Source: Bilabrum cf. latius
Lineage: Eukaryota
Assembly (NCBI GenBank): GCA_965178125.1
Contig: OZ237735.1
Location: forward strand, 1,178,001 to 1,242,000
DNA length: 64,000 nt
Reading direction: 5' to 3'
How positions within the stretch are numbered: the stretch's first letter is position 1; each line of letters begins with the position of its first letter. The position numbers were made by a program, and so were the translations under genes. This document shows, piece after piece, positions 25,440 through 37,753 of this stretch. A model generated the notes under the pieces. It had not been told where the DNA came from, made no database searches, and worked only from the letters and a program-made list of their open reading frames with translations.

Positions 25440-26435
25440 ATGAGCAGGAAACTATACAATGCATGCAGTCGCACAAACTTGCTTCCCATACAGGCAGGAC
25501 TTTTGTCTGCGTGGTCAAAACTACGAGGAGCCGTGCTTGATTCTAGGGAGCCTTGGCGAGTTGGCTGCCTTTCAACAGTGCGGCTGGAATCAAGGCATCC
25601 TTCGCCATCGAGCCGAATGATGGTGCTTCGCAGTATATCTACGAATAATGGAATCCCTGTCCTCTGCACGAACGCCGATTCGCGATCGCCAAAGGCACAA
25701 CAACTCGAAGATAACCCTTCCGCTTGCTGGCTGTTCTACGACGACTTTCAAAAAATGCAGCTTCGAGTGTATGGAGAGGTTCGCCAGGCAGACCATTTGC
25801 AAGAAACTGCTGCATGGGATGGGGTGTAGCCATTTGCCAGGCGGTGCTATGTGCAGCGACAAGCACCGTCGAGCGTGCTCCGCTCGGCCAGTTTTCGTAC
25901 CGAAACTACAAGTGGCCGTACTACTAGTAAGAGTACTTGCGCGGCTGTGGACAGCAGCAGCGACGACGAACACGCCAATATTCCAACGGCTCAGTGGGAT
26001 GTACCTGTATCTCCTGTCACCGGCACGAAGATAAGCGGAGACATCGACGGAACAGCTCGGAGCATGGCATCCCGTGCTGGGGGGCAAGCAATGCCGCAGC
26101 AAGTGGTGGATTCCTCTGTGCATTGGACCCCGGAGATGTCTGCCTCTGGCAGGGACAATTTCACCAGGCTGGAGCTGCTCGTGGGTCGCATGGACTGGGT
26201 GTGGCTGGGGGCTGGCGGTCATGTGCGTGCGAGGTACGAGTTCGATCGGGATGGTGCCAGCGGGGGTGAAGGGAACGGCCTGAATGAAGACCTGCAAGTA
26301 CCCGCAGATGTCTTGCGGGAGCTAGGTGTGAGCGATCGAGCGCTTCGCAAGATGGCAGTAGGCGAGGGCCAGGAATCGGACACGATCGACGTCTCCGTTC
26401 CGGTTCCTCGCTCCTGCGAATGGCTTGCGCCATAA
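25440..26435 (+). CDS. Pyridoxamine 5'-phosphate oxidase-like FMN-binding protein
   Basis: LSTV..PSSRMMVLR..TNADSRSPKAQQLEDNP..WLFYD..QLRVYG, NFTRLELLVGRMDWVWL..HVRARY and terminal WLAP. The two track ORFs join across TAG 25827. Ends in TAA at 26433. Confidence 0.82.
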
Positions 26436-26676
26436 TTGCAGTGCTGCCATCGCATCATAGTCTCGGGATGCACATCCACCCAGTCGACAGGGTCGCTGTG
26501 CAGCTAGTAGCTGATCGGGGCATTGTAGAAGCAACGGGTGAGGCGGCTTTCCAGCTGCAATAAAAAGTATGCTCAGCAAGCATACCAGAATTGAAATCGA
26601 TTGAGATGAAGCACAAAACTAGTTGCCTTTCGGGCAAGGCCGGGGAACATTAAAAAGTAGCGAAATCAACGCCGCT

Positions 26677-27936
26677 ATGTCGTCAAAAGCAGGAAAATCT
26701 CCGTTTAAGTTTGATGAATCCCTTATGGGACCCGGTGGCTTGGTCGTTGGAGGAGCCACGAAGGAGTCTCAGGGTGTAGTGTACTTGTCGCACTTGCCGC
26801 ACGGCTTCTACGAGGATCAAATGAAGGGTTTCTTTGGTTAGTTCGGCACAGTATCGCGCCTAAGACTTGCACGAAGCAAGAAAAGCGGTCGATCTCGCGG
26901 GTACGCCTACGTAGAGTTTGCCTCCAAGGCGGTTGCTGATATTGTAGCCACCACCATGAATGGTTACTACCTTGTGAACAAGTACGTTCGTGCCCGGAGC
27001 CTTAGCGCTGATCAGGTCCACCCTAGATTGTTTGTTGGAGCACACAGAAAGTTTCGGTGGATCCCGTGGAGGCTGAACGAGAAGAAGCGCAGAGAGAAGA
27101 CAGTCTCAGCCGAGTCGCTCGACCGTCGCGTCCGGAAGCTTCTCTCCGGTGAAGTCAAGCTCAGGAAGGCTCTGGAAGAAAAGGGAATTGATTATGCATT
27201 TGGTGGCTACTCGGAAGCTGTAGTACGCGCCATTTAGCGCCGCGAGGAGCTTCTTGAGGCTGGAGAGCTCGCCGAACCCGCCGCCGCGCCGCAATCGTCG
27301 TCCTCAGCTGCCGCATCTGCCGCATCCGGTGCTGGGTCCGCATCCTCAGGCAAGGCTGCGAGCAGCAGCTCCGCGGGCGATTCTGGCGAGGAGCTTGACG
27401 ACGAGGGGGAGGACAGCGAGGGCAGCGAGGGAGAGGTCGACCTGGATGACGAGGAGGCGATGCTCGCTCGCCTGGAGAGGATCGTTGGCACCGGGCCGGA
27501 CAGCGGGGGCGTGGTGCTTGAGGCTGAGCAGGTGGCCACTCCCGCAACTCCGGCTAAGGGAGCAGCAGGGAAGGGTAAGAAGGGTGCGGGCTCGGGCGCA
27601 AAGAAGAGCACACCGGCTTCCTCCAAGGCCTCGGGCGCAAAGAAGAGCACACCGGCTTCCTCCAAGGCCTCGGGCGCAAAGAAGAGCACACCGGCTTCCT
27701 CCAAAGCCTCGGGCAAGAAGAAATCCGCCGGTGCAGCGTCGGGCTCGGCAGGCACGAAGAGAAAGCGGTCATAGGGAGATGATGCAGGCGCCAGGACGCC
27801 CAAAGGATCATCAGGCAAGAAGGTCAAAGGCTCAGCTGGCAAGAAGGCAGTGTCAGGGGCAGGGTCGGCCAAAGGCAAGGGCGAGGGCAAGGGCAAGGCC
27901 GGGAGCGCCAGCAAGCGCAGGAGGCTGGAGAAGTAA
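26677..27936 (+). CDS. NIFK: Nop15/NIFK-like nucleolar RRM protein
   Basis: [60 protein letters not shown]. TAG 26839 occupies the Gln of the conserved F-x-Q-F-G. Further TAG at 27235 and 27772. TAA stop at 27934. Confidence 0.9.
27591..27714 (+). repeat. 39-bp coding tandem repeat, ~3 copies (SGAKKSTPASSKA)
   Basis: ctcgggcgcaaagaagagcacaccggcttcctccaaggc is repeated three times in the NIFK Lys-rich tail. Confidence 0.9.
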
Positions 27937-28120
27937 ACGTGTCCTCTGTTGGCGACCACAATACCTAAAGCGTCTGGTAAACTCGATTTGCATGCCCTGC
28001 AAGATTAGACTAGGTATGACACACTCCCCTATATCACTGAGGACGCTCGACAATGCAGCCGTCGCAGTCGGCAAAGCGCAGGCGGGCTCACTCCCACAGC
28101 ATCGCACCCGATTCGACGGC

Positions 28121-31100
28121 TCACGGCTGCTCGGCTGGCTCCTTGACCGACTGCTCGGCTGGCTCCTTGACCGACTGCTGGCCAATCCTAGAGCTGTCCA
28201 GCTGCAGTTCAGGCGATTCGGCGCCACGGCTACCCGCCCGACTCACCCTCCCGCCGTGTTCCTTGGTTGGCGTGCTGAATCGGGTGAGATCCAAAGCATC
28301 ACCCCTCGCGACACCCGCCTCTGGCATACCATCCGGGGACGCTAGCCGCAACTGCTCGGGTGCTGCATCTCCCTCGTGCACAGCGGTGCGAGCTGGCCCT
28401 GTTGCCCCAAGGATGCTGGTCCCTGTGGTTCTCTCCGGGTCGGCCGAGAGCTCCGACAGCTGGCTGCCAGCCTCCTCTGGCTGCTCCTTGCCAGCCGCTG
28501 CCTCTGCGACATCGCCACCTTGCCTCCCCGCAGGCAGCTCCCCCTCCTCGGCGACCAGCCCCGCGGCCTTGTGCCGCTACCTGCCCCGCCACACCGCCGC
28601 CCTCCGCTCCAGAAATTGTAGCTGCGCCTCCAGCTCCTCGCGCAGCACCGCGCCTGCCTGAGCCTCCATCACGCGCAGCACGGCCCCGGACACGAACGTG
28701 ACGTAGTCGTGCAGGTCGAGGTGCGAGGAACCGCTATTGCTCCTGGATCGCTTCCGCAGAACCACGGAGGAGCCCAGCTCGGAGGCGGGGCTTGACCCGG
28801 CTGAGGCTCCGCTACCTCCTCTCGACCGGCCGTACGACGGAGACCTTGATCCGCCATGACGTAGAACGCTGCTGGTGCTGCTGGTGCTGCTCGAAGCCTC
28901 AGCGCGGCGCGAGGCCCTAGTGTCCAGAAACCGAGCCAAAGCGCTCGACTCGTTGGCATCTGGCAGCAGCACGCCACTGTCGGCGCGCTCCTGCTGCCAA
29001 GCAGCTCCGCTCCCCGAGGATGCGTCGACGCCAGCAGCATTGACGACGGAATTGCCCGCAGGTTCGATTGCAATCGAGCTGCCACGAGCCCCACTTGCAC
29101 CTCTCCCGCCCCCATCCGGCAGGCTGGCCCCGTCACCCAGTGCCTCCTCCTCCACGTCCTCGCTAATCACGTCTAGCAGGTCACGATCCCGCGCACGACG
29201 TAGAGACATGACGCCCTCGAGGCCTCTGCGCGCCTCCGAGCGCCACGCCTGCAGCTGCTTCCTTGGTGGCCTGGGGTCCAGCTCGGTTGACCCTGCCATG
29301 GACAGGGCGGGGTCCCAGTGCAAGGGGGATCGCCGTGACCGGGCCAGCTCAGAACCTGCGTCTCGCCGCAGAACAGCAACAAGCTCTGCAAACCGCTGGG
29401 TCCTCCGGCGCACGATGAACCTGCACGCGTCCTCCACCCGGGTCGCTCGAATGAGACCGGCGACCAGCTCGACCACCGCAGCGTCCTCGGCGTGCTCCTC
29501 GGCGGCGCGCACCTTTGTCTCGGCAGCACCACCGGATGCTGCCCTCAGCTGCTGGTCCAGCGGCGGGGCTGCAGCGTCGCGCTCTAGGACTCGCCGCACG
29601 GCTGGTGAGCAGCGCAGCAGGCGGGTGCACCTGCGCAGAAACCGCCTGGACGGCCCGTCCTCTGTGCTGTCTACCACCAGCACTCCGTAGTGCTCAAGCA
29701 TTCTCCTCACCTACTTCAGCCCTCGGCCGGCGAAGCGCACGAGCACTTCAAACTGCGTGACTACGTTGGGCACCCCCTCTCCGAGGATCCGCGCTAGATC
29801 CTCTCTCCTAGCTCTGATCTCGGGCGCGTCGTCCCAAGGAGGCAGCTCGTCCAGCTCCGCCTGAGCCAGCGACGTGATGCGGTGGGACACCACTGAAGCC
29901 TCCACGTCTTGCGTGCGTATACGGCCGCGCAAGCTGTTCATCGCCTCCTGTTCCGCCTATGGGTCCGGCGGTTTTTGCTGCGGCAAGTTCTGCAAGAGCC
30001 ACAACGACCTAGATGTTGCGTCGCACATGATCTGGTACAGCCTGCCGGCGCCATGGGGAGATCTGTCCTTGCCTGCAGCATGCATCCCACTTGAGTTCGG
30101 GCCAGTCTGCTACACACCGTCTGCCGAGAGGAGGCTTTGCGATGCGCTCCGGCCTGCGGCCTGCAGCTCCGCCACTGACGGGCTTCCACCTCCCCTGCCT
30201 TGTCCACTGTGTGCTCCCACTGCGCCGTAGCTACCGCGGGACAGGCTGCCCGCAGATGACAACGACCCTTGGCGGGATCTGCCCAGTGCTTCTCCGCGTC
30301 TCGCAGCTACGCCCGAGTGAGGCGCGCCAGCCTGCCCGTTCTATGCAGGTGCCCCATGGGCAAATGGGCCCGCATAACGCTGTGTCGCACTGCTGCTGCT
30401 GCCGCCGGCTCCATGCTGCCCGACTTGGCGGGTCGCGGGCGGTCCAGACTACGAGGATGGCGGCAGAGCAGCCGGCGGATTGGCAGACGGACTCGGCGCT
30501 TTCGCCGTGCTGGAAGACCTCAGTCCGAAGAAGCCGGCAATCGTCCACTCCTCGTCCTGCTCCTGCCTGGCACCAGCCCCCCCGCTGCCAGCCCCTGGGA
30601 TAGCAAGGGACGAGACACCCCGCATCTACTGGCGAGCACCAGCACCGTGCCACGTCCCGGCTCGGGCTGGCACTCCTGCAAGCCCACCTACCGGCATGGA
30701 CCCAAACCGTGCACCCGCCATCCGCGCGCCTATCCTTGGGGCACCCACGCCAGACGACGCCGCACCATGCCTGAGCCCCGATCGCTTGGGCCCAGCTGGC
30801 AGTAAGTGAGCATGGCTGCCAGCTGGGTGACCCTGCCCGTGGTGTGGGTGCTGCACAGGCCTGGCAGCATATCCATGCCCCTACCCCTACGTATGGCCCA
30901 GTCCATATCCCCACACGTGAGGTGCATCTCCACGGCCCGCGCCGGTGCCACCGGGATGATCCATTCCCGCTGGCCGCCCGTAGGTTGATGGTGTATGGAT
31001 ACTGCCTTGTTGAGGCATGCGATAGGAGCTTACTCTCTGGATTCCACCCGCTGCCGCAGCCCCAGACTCCGAAGCAGCGACAGATCCGAGCCCGACCGAC

Positions 31101-31471
31101 ATGACGCTTGCGGACCGAATCGAGCCGCCATCGGACGTACCACTTTTCCCTTTGCGACGTTTGCGCCTGCGAGAGCTCTTCTAATGGCTGTGCAAATTTC
31201 TCTCCTAAAATCGGCGAGCGGTTTCCTGTTCGTACTCTTCTGGCGAGATTTTGCCTTTGCGGACAAGCTCCAGCAAGTGATCTGGCAGCTGCGGTAGCGC
31301 TGCTAGAACTCCGGGTGCATTCGCTGGCGGTAACGATATCTTGGCCCGTCTCCGCCTTCGCCTTTTGTGCTTCTGTGAACCTGTTGTGCTGCTGGTTACG
31401 CTGCCATGCGCTGCGGGCGAAGCGGCAGCAGCCAAGTCGCCGGATACCATGCCCACTTCACCCGGCACCAT
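28121..31471 (-). CDS. Hypothetical protein, ~1110 aa
   Basis: ORFs 31205-31471, 30887-31102, 30626-30856, 29711-29941, 28577-29710 and 28121-28381 are one frame; the large gaps checked contain only TAG. TGA at 28121. No recognised domain. Confidence 0.65.
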
Positions 31472-31727
31472 ACTAGACGACGGGCCGTCCTAGTCTAGAT
31501 GCTTCTGAGGAGTGTGGTTGGTGAGCTGAGCTGGGGCATCCTCCCCGATTGAACCGAAGTCAAGCTCATCAGCACCAATGCCACCACCCCGAAGATTCCC
31601 TTGTCTCCCCTCTTTGATCGGTGATATCCCCGGGATACCTGACATTTATAGAAATATAATGCACATATCACGAGAATTGACAATCTGACATTCGTGCAAG
31701 GTTTCAACCACAATAAACGGAACGCTT

Positions 31728-34700
31728 AAATACAGAAATACAGAAATACATTGTTGGGTAAAGATTCCACAAGCACCCAGATGCACCGTTGCCCCCGAAG
31801 GAGTTCGAGTGATCACCTGAATCCAGAGGAGTCCTCAAACAAGGACTACAAGACCCCCGACCCTTTCAGGCCAAAGGCCCCCCAATCTCAGCCTACACCG
31901 CCGAGTCCCCTTTATTCGCCATCAATGTGGTCCCCCACAAGCCCTCAGCCTGATGCCTTCACAGGGAGAAAGCATACAGGTGCGGAGCATGTGCCCGGCA
32001 CAAAGCGCGGTCCAGTCCCACATCAGGGTCCCCTGCCGGGACCCACCATTTCCTCCTCCATGACCGTCTCTGCGTCTCACGATCCTTCAGAGAGGCTAGC
32101 ATGCACGCGCTCATGCCTTTGGCCCATTGCCTCTCTATGTCCCTTAGCAAGCCGTGGGGCTTAAACATCCGTCGCTGTAGCCGAGCGTTCGCATTGGTTG
32201 CCGCTATCAGCTCTTGCGTGGCCGTGGCGGCAAGAGCAGCCGCCGCATCGCCTCGCATCCACTGCCTGCACGTCAGCTACTCCTGCTAGCGCAGCTGGTT
32301 CCTGATCACCTGCACCACTCGGTTGGCCAGCTCCTTGACAGCTGTCCGTTCCGATGACCGCGCAATCGTACGCTCTATCCGAGTGAGTGCGTCTTCGACG
32401 ATTGGCTTGGCCCTGCTGGTGCGCTCCAGCTTCTCGTCCCAAGGGTCCTGAGCGAGAGCTGTCTTCGCCCATGCTTTCCGGAGGGAGGCAGGGGACCTCC
32501 CTCTATTCTGATCCGCATCATCGGGTTGCCACGGTCTCGTTCCGGCATGATGGTCATGCTCGGCCCGCTCCATCTGCTCTACCGCGGTGCCCATCACTTG
32601 AAGGTTGGGCGTGCCCTGTTGCGGGTATTGTCCAGCTCGGATGCGCAGAATTCGTCTTCCTTGGTGGCCGTATTCCTGCACCACCGCTGCTGTTGGCATG
32701 GCTCCTGGTCCGAAGGCATACCGTCCCTTCGTTGCGTACCGGTTAAGCATGACCACTCCGAGCGCAGCTCTCTCCCGGTCCCAATCCGACAGTGCCGGAT
32801 CGTGCGAGCATCCCAGGCTCAGGCTTGTGAACGATCGGTCAGCAGCTCCGGATTTGGATTTCCTCCACTTTGTGCCTTTTTTTGCAGTCTCCTGGCATCC
32901 CAGCCAGTCCTTCGCGTCATCGATCCGGTGGGTCCACCCTGCCATCTTGATCCTGAATCCCAGTGCCAGCGCGGCCCCGAGTGGGCCTGTCTGTACTGGT
33001 GGTCCCTGCAGGAATCGGCCCTGGTGGATGAACCTGGCCGCAACATCAAGGCCCTTCTTCGAGGGACACTCGATCAGGTCCAGCAGGCCCATAGCAACAC
33101 GCCCTGCTGCCGATGCCGTCAGCAGCTCAGTGTCCATCGCAAGGTTTGGCACGTATCGACCGCCCATGGTGAAGGGCCTTACCTGTGTCGATCCGCTGAC
33201 AATCATCCAGCGCGTATCCAGCAGGAATTTGTCCAGCATCTTGAGGACTTCCAGGTTCAGTTCCATCCCGTAGAAAACTTGGGAACCATATCCTAATCCT
33301 GACAAGGTGTCCCATCCTGTTGCACATGCCGCTGCCTCTGCTCCGTAGAATGCACTCGTGATTGCTCCTGCATGGAGCAGCTGGGCGTGCAGGGAGACCG
33401 CCCAGTTGCCGTTCACCGCCGCTCGTGTGATGTCCCTGGCCGCCCGGTACGCCATCGCAATCCTCCTGCGTACGTGGGGTGCCATATCAATTACCCAGAT
33501 GTCTCTCGCCTGCGTCAGCCCAGCTACTTCATCTGGGCTGATCCGTACTGGTTGGGTCGAAATGAGTAGACCGAGGTACAGGTAGGATGAGGCAAGTGGG
33601 ATGGTCCACTCCCCATCCGTCTCTCCCGCGTCCGCTGCTCTGCATGCGACGCCCTCTGGCATGTCCCCAGGAATTGAGTCCCGAGCGTAGCCAAAGGCCA
33701 TGATCGCTGTCTTGGTTCCCTGGCCCGATGCTGTCAGGGGCTTGATTCCCAGCTACATGCCCGCAAGTGCAAACAGGCTCTTGACTAGCTTCATGACCGC
33801 CACTGCTTCGTTCCAGTTCGACGTCAGTGCCACGTAGTCGTCTGCGTACCCGACTTGTCCACATTCAACGTATCGTCCGGTGTCGGTCACGATCCTTTGA
33901 TGGTGCCCGTGCTGGAGCCTCTCTTTCCGCAGCGTTTCCAGGAGAACCCCCATCAGTACCAGGAAGATGGTGGGAGACAGAATCTCGCCCTAGGGGGTGC
34001 CCGCCGTCTTCTGCACTCTGGTAGAGACCCTCCTGGTGAGTGGGTCTCGAACGCGGATGGCCACCTGCATGCGGGCCATGAGAAAGCGGACCGTCTGGCG
34101 TCCCCATCCTTGCTCCGTCATGATGGCCTCGATGATGTTCCACTTGCAACTGTCAAATGCTCCTTTGATGTCAAAGAATACCAGAAAACCTCCAGCACCC
34201 CTTCGTTGGGTAATCCATTCCATCACCGCTGAGTAGGCCTGCTGGCAGTTCTTGCCGATGCGAAATCCGGCCTAATCCTGGCCGAAGAGTCCGTGGTTTT
34301 CGCAGTACCACATGACCTTCTGGTTTGCGATGGTGCTTACGACCTTCGAGAGAGCCGAGGTCCAGCATATTGGCCTGAATTCGTCGACTCCTGTGACTCC
34401 TGTGCCCTGCTTGCGCTTGGAGACCGGCCGCATGAACCCCTCCTGAAAGGCCTCAGGCTGAATCCCCGAGAAGAGTGTGAGATTATAAATGGCCCTGAGG
34501 AGGTCCAACAGAGCGTCACTTCGCCGCAGACACCCGTCCTCCTCAGAGCATGGCTAGCATTTGGTCAGCAATTCCGCCCTGATCCCATCAGGTCCCACAG
34601 CTTTGTTGTGCTTGAGCTTGTCCAGTGCTTGATCCACCTCTGCGTTCGACCTGCAGAATAGGTTGAGCGGTGTCGCTGCCCTGGGCATGTGCGGCGCAAT

Positions 34701-37360
34701 CCTGGCCATAAATCCGCCCACATCCGCACTTCCATTCCCACCTGCGTGAGAGAGCTGCTGTGCGTGTGCCTCTAGGATATCCTCGACGGCCGTAAGCACC
34801 TCTCCGCCTAGGTTCGTGATTGGTTCCAGTCCTGGTGCAGCTCGTTGCCTTCTAGAGATTGCATCAGCGATCTATCGGTGGGCTTCCCTCGGACTTGCTG
34901 TTCCCAGCATGTTCCGCAGTGCGTGGCCCGTCCTGCGTGCCCCTCGCTCGGTGGTCTCGAAGACAGCCCGTCGATCATGGTCCAGGTTGGCAAGGAGCAT
35001 CGTCCAGTACTCCTGTCCCTCATGGGCCTACTGGTTCACCTCTGTGCTCCCCCAGAGTGTTGCCTGCATCCGTCCATCTAGCCCCCGCTGTCGCCCTTCG
35101 AGGCGCAGGCTGGCTCGGCGATGTGCAGCCAAGCATGTTCTGGCCTCTGAAAGAGCTTGTTCCGTGGTTGGTCCCGCGATAAGGGCCTTGAGGCTGGCAT
35201 GGGCTTTTCCCCACGTTTCAGCCCATCTCGTCCGTGCCGCCCAGGTCCTGCGGTGGCGCTTGCGTGACGCTTCCACGTGCCCGGCCTGGCCGGTGTTTGC
35301 CATTTGTCGGCCTGTAACAGTCTCGGCTGCTGCCGTGAAACATCCTTGCAGAAGCAGTTTGACGGAGGACACGGCCTGCGTAACCGCTTGCCCTGCAGCC
35401 TCTCGGTCAGCCGAGGTTCCCGTCGAGCTTTTGAGGTCGCGAATTGCGTCGAGCACACAATGAGTGATGTCGCGGACTGCACTTGTAGCCTACCCGAATT
35501 CCTTGACGTAATAGTCCCAAACCAGGCGTTCTTGCTGCACATGCATGTCGGACACCCGTGAGTACGCTGCCCTGAAGGGGGCGTCATCGTCCTGCTCCGT
35601 TGTTGCTGGGACTGCAGTTGCTCGCGTTGCCGGGTCCTCCACTTCTGGGACTGTGACCAGCAGGTCTGCAATCACCCCCGTGTGGTCTGAATATGTGCCT
35701 GGCTCTTGAGCCACTTCACTGGACACTAGCTGCAGCTGCGCAGAAGTGGAGATGCAGATGGCATCCAGTGTGTTGCCTCCTCTGTGCGTAGGCCCGCCCC
35801 CTGCAGGTGCTCGGTACATGTCGATCATGCCCATGTCGTTCTCCAGATACCAGTCCATCTGACCAGCTCCCTCTTGGTCCCGGGCCTACGTCGGGTTGAA
35901 GTCACCGGTAACCACAAGTCGGTCCCTGGTGAAATTGCCTGCCGGTCCTTGACTCCGTCGCTGTCCAAGGGTCAGCTGGGGATCGACCACGAAAGCCTTG
36001 CCCAATACTGAGCCCCTTGTCTCTGCCCCGAGGGCAGCCCCTTGCGGTGGGTTGTAGCAGGCTATCACCGTCAGCATGCGTCGGTCGTGGTGCAGGACGT
36101 CACATACGAGGCAGTCCGGCGCATCCAGGTCATCATCTCCCATGTCTGCCCACCGTCTCAGTACGAGGCCTGAATCTCGTTTGACGGCGACGCATACCCC
36201 GTGTGGGGCTCCGTTTCCTGCCCTCGTCTCCATCGCGTACAGGTCCGGGACGTCAGTGACGTAGCGTCCTCTAGCATCCTGTGTCTCCGTGCCAACAAAC
36301 ACATCGGGCATCTTGGTCTCCGTAAGGGCAACCTCCATCGCTTCGAGGTTCCCTTTGCGTCCCAGATTTTTGGTTGCAATCCTGACGTACTTGGGCGGGG
36401 TCGTGTCCATGATCCTGATCTGATCCCAGCCCCCGCGAGTACCTTGGACGCCTCGTGGCTGATGTGCCGTGCTTGTCCCGGGGGCGACTAACCACACAGA
36501 TTCTCGGTCCCCCACTACCGCATTGCGGTTATTGATCCAGGGGAAGCACTCCGGTATCCAGGTCCTGTCGGTCCTCTGCTCATCCGTAAGCATCACCCGG
36601 AGAGCTCCAAGCAGTTCCGCCCCGGTCACTCCGTCCTCCCATTGGTCTCCTGGGCGGACTGATAGGACCATGACCGGTTCCTCGTTCAGTTCCCCTCTCG
36701 TTGACAGCGTACGCACAACTCTGGCATCCGCATCTCCTTCCTCCTCCCGTTGCTCAGGTCGCAGCACCAGGCAGGCGTGCCTCCGGGACCCGTGTCCACC
36801 CGGCGGATTGATTCCTGTAGGGATGAAGACCTCACAGTGGGTGCGGGAGATGGCAATATTCATCGTGCCCTGGATCGCTTGGTCATCGGTGGCGTCCGAG
36901 TTGAGTCGCTCACACCAGTTGGCAAGGCTGGTCCCCTCTTTGTCGGCTGGGTGGAGTCGCACTGAACCCCCTCGCTGCTGTGCCAGGGCCATCACTGACA
37001 GTGTGAGTCCTCGCAGGCTAAGCCCGTGGATTCCTTCCCCTTCCTCGCCAAAATAGGTGCGGAGTGTGTGCATGATGGTGGAGCTGGGGTCTAGGCCAGC
37101 TAGAACGGCGAGGGGGAGCTACGCGCATCCCTGCCAGCCTAAGTGCTCTGGCGGCCCGAAGAGGTTACCCGTGCCTACCACGAGTGGTTCAAATGCATCG
37201 TACGGAGTAGTCAGAAGCGCAGTTCCTCCGCCGCCGGGACTCCAGAGGCACTCGGCCACACTGTGTGGGATCGACGTCAGGGTTTCCTGGAGGGACTTGC
37301 TTCCGGACGAAAATGAAAAACCGTGTAGCCCCGAGTCCATTCTCATACTCAGCGGTAGAT
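31728..37360 (-). mobile_element. Non-LTR retrotransposon (APE endonuclease + RT), apparently intact
   Basis: The 3' end carries a (TGTATTTC)n octamer tail starting at 31728. The element contains a single APE-RT ORF and is bounded by CGCTT at 31723-31727 and 37361-37365. Confidence 0.9.
31959..37346 (-). CDS. LINE polyprotein: N-terminal region + AP-like endonuclease + reverse transcriptase, ~1795 aa
   Basis: APE: IATKNLG, PDVFVGTET, GVCVAV, VIACYNPP, VVTGDFN, TLDAI, SDH. RT: NKAVGPDGI, FRPIC, D*AGFR, FFDIKGAFDS, GTP*GEILSP, YADD, YLYLG. One frame from ATG 37346 to TGA 31959 with at least 11 TAG and no TAA/TGA found. Confidence 0.9.
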
Positions 37361-37365
37361 CGCTT

Positions 37366-37572
37366 ATACAGAAATACAGAAATACAGAAATACATTGTTG
37401 GGTAAAGATTCCACAAGCACCCAGATGCACCGTTGCCCCCGAAGGAGTTCGAGTGATCACCTGAATCCAGAGGAGTCCTCAAACAAGGACTACAAGACCC
37501 CCGACCCTTTCAGGCCAAAGGCCCCCCAATCTCAGCCTACACCGCCGAGTCCCCTTTATTCGCCATCAATGT
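37366..37572 (-). mobile_element. 5'-truncated second copy (3' UTR and tail only) of the same LINE
   Basis: Identical by eye to 31728-31928 apart from a slightly longer octamer tail. Flanked by CGCTT at 37361-37365 and 37573-37577. Confidence 0.9.
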
Positions 37573-37753
37573 CGCTTGCAGATCTACACAGTGACGTGCA
37601 TTTTCACTCGACGATAAAACCAGACCAAACTCTATTTCTAGTCTTTTCAGTCCCCCAATATGAGATACGCTGGTGTGATCGCTGCAGTAGTTGGGGTATA
37701 TTTCACGTATGGGTTTGACATGCCTGGCCACCCCGGGCGAATAATCATCAATG

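Noticed and set aside
31700-31727. LINE target being U6 or U2 snRNA (minus strand aagcgttcc resembles the U6 3' end; atcgctt resembles the U2 5' end)
   Set aside because: The matches are only 7-9 nt, and the reconstructed empty site shows no further snRNA similarity that I can recognise.
31728-37572. LTR or DIRS/Ngaro retrotransposon, suggested by the ~200-bp direct repeats
   Set aside because: No gag, protease, integrase or tyrosine recombinase. The APE domain, LINE-type RT and microsatellite tail show that the repeats are LINE 3' ends.
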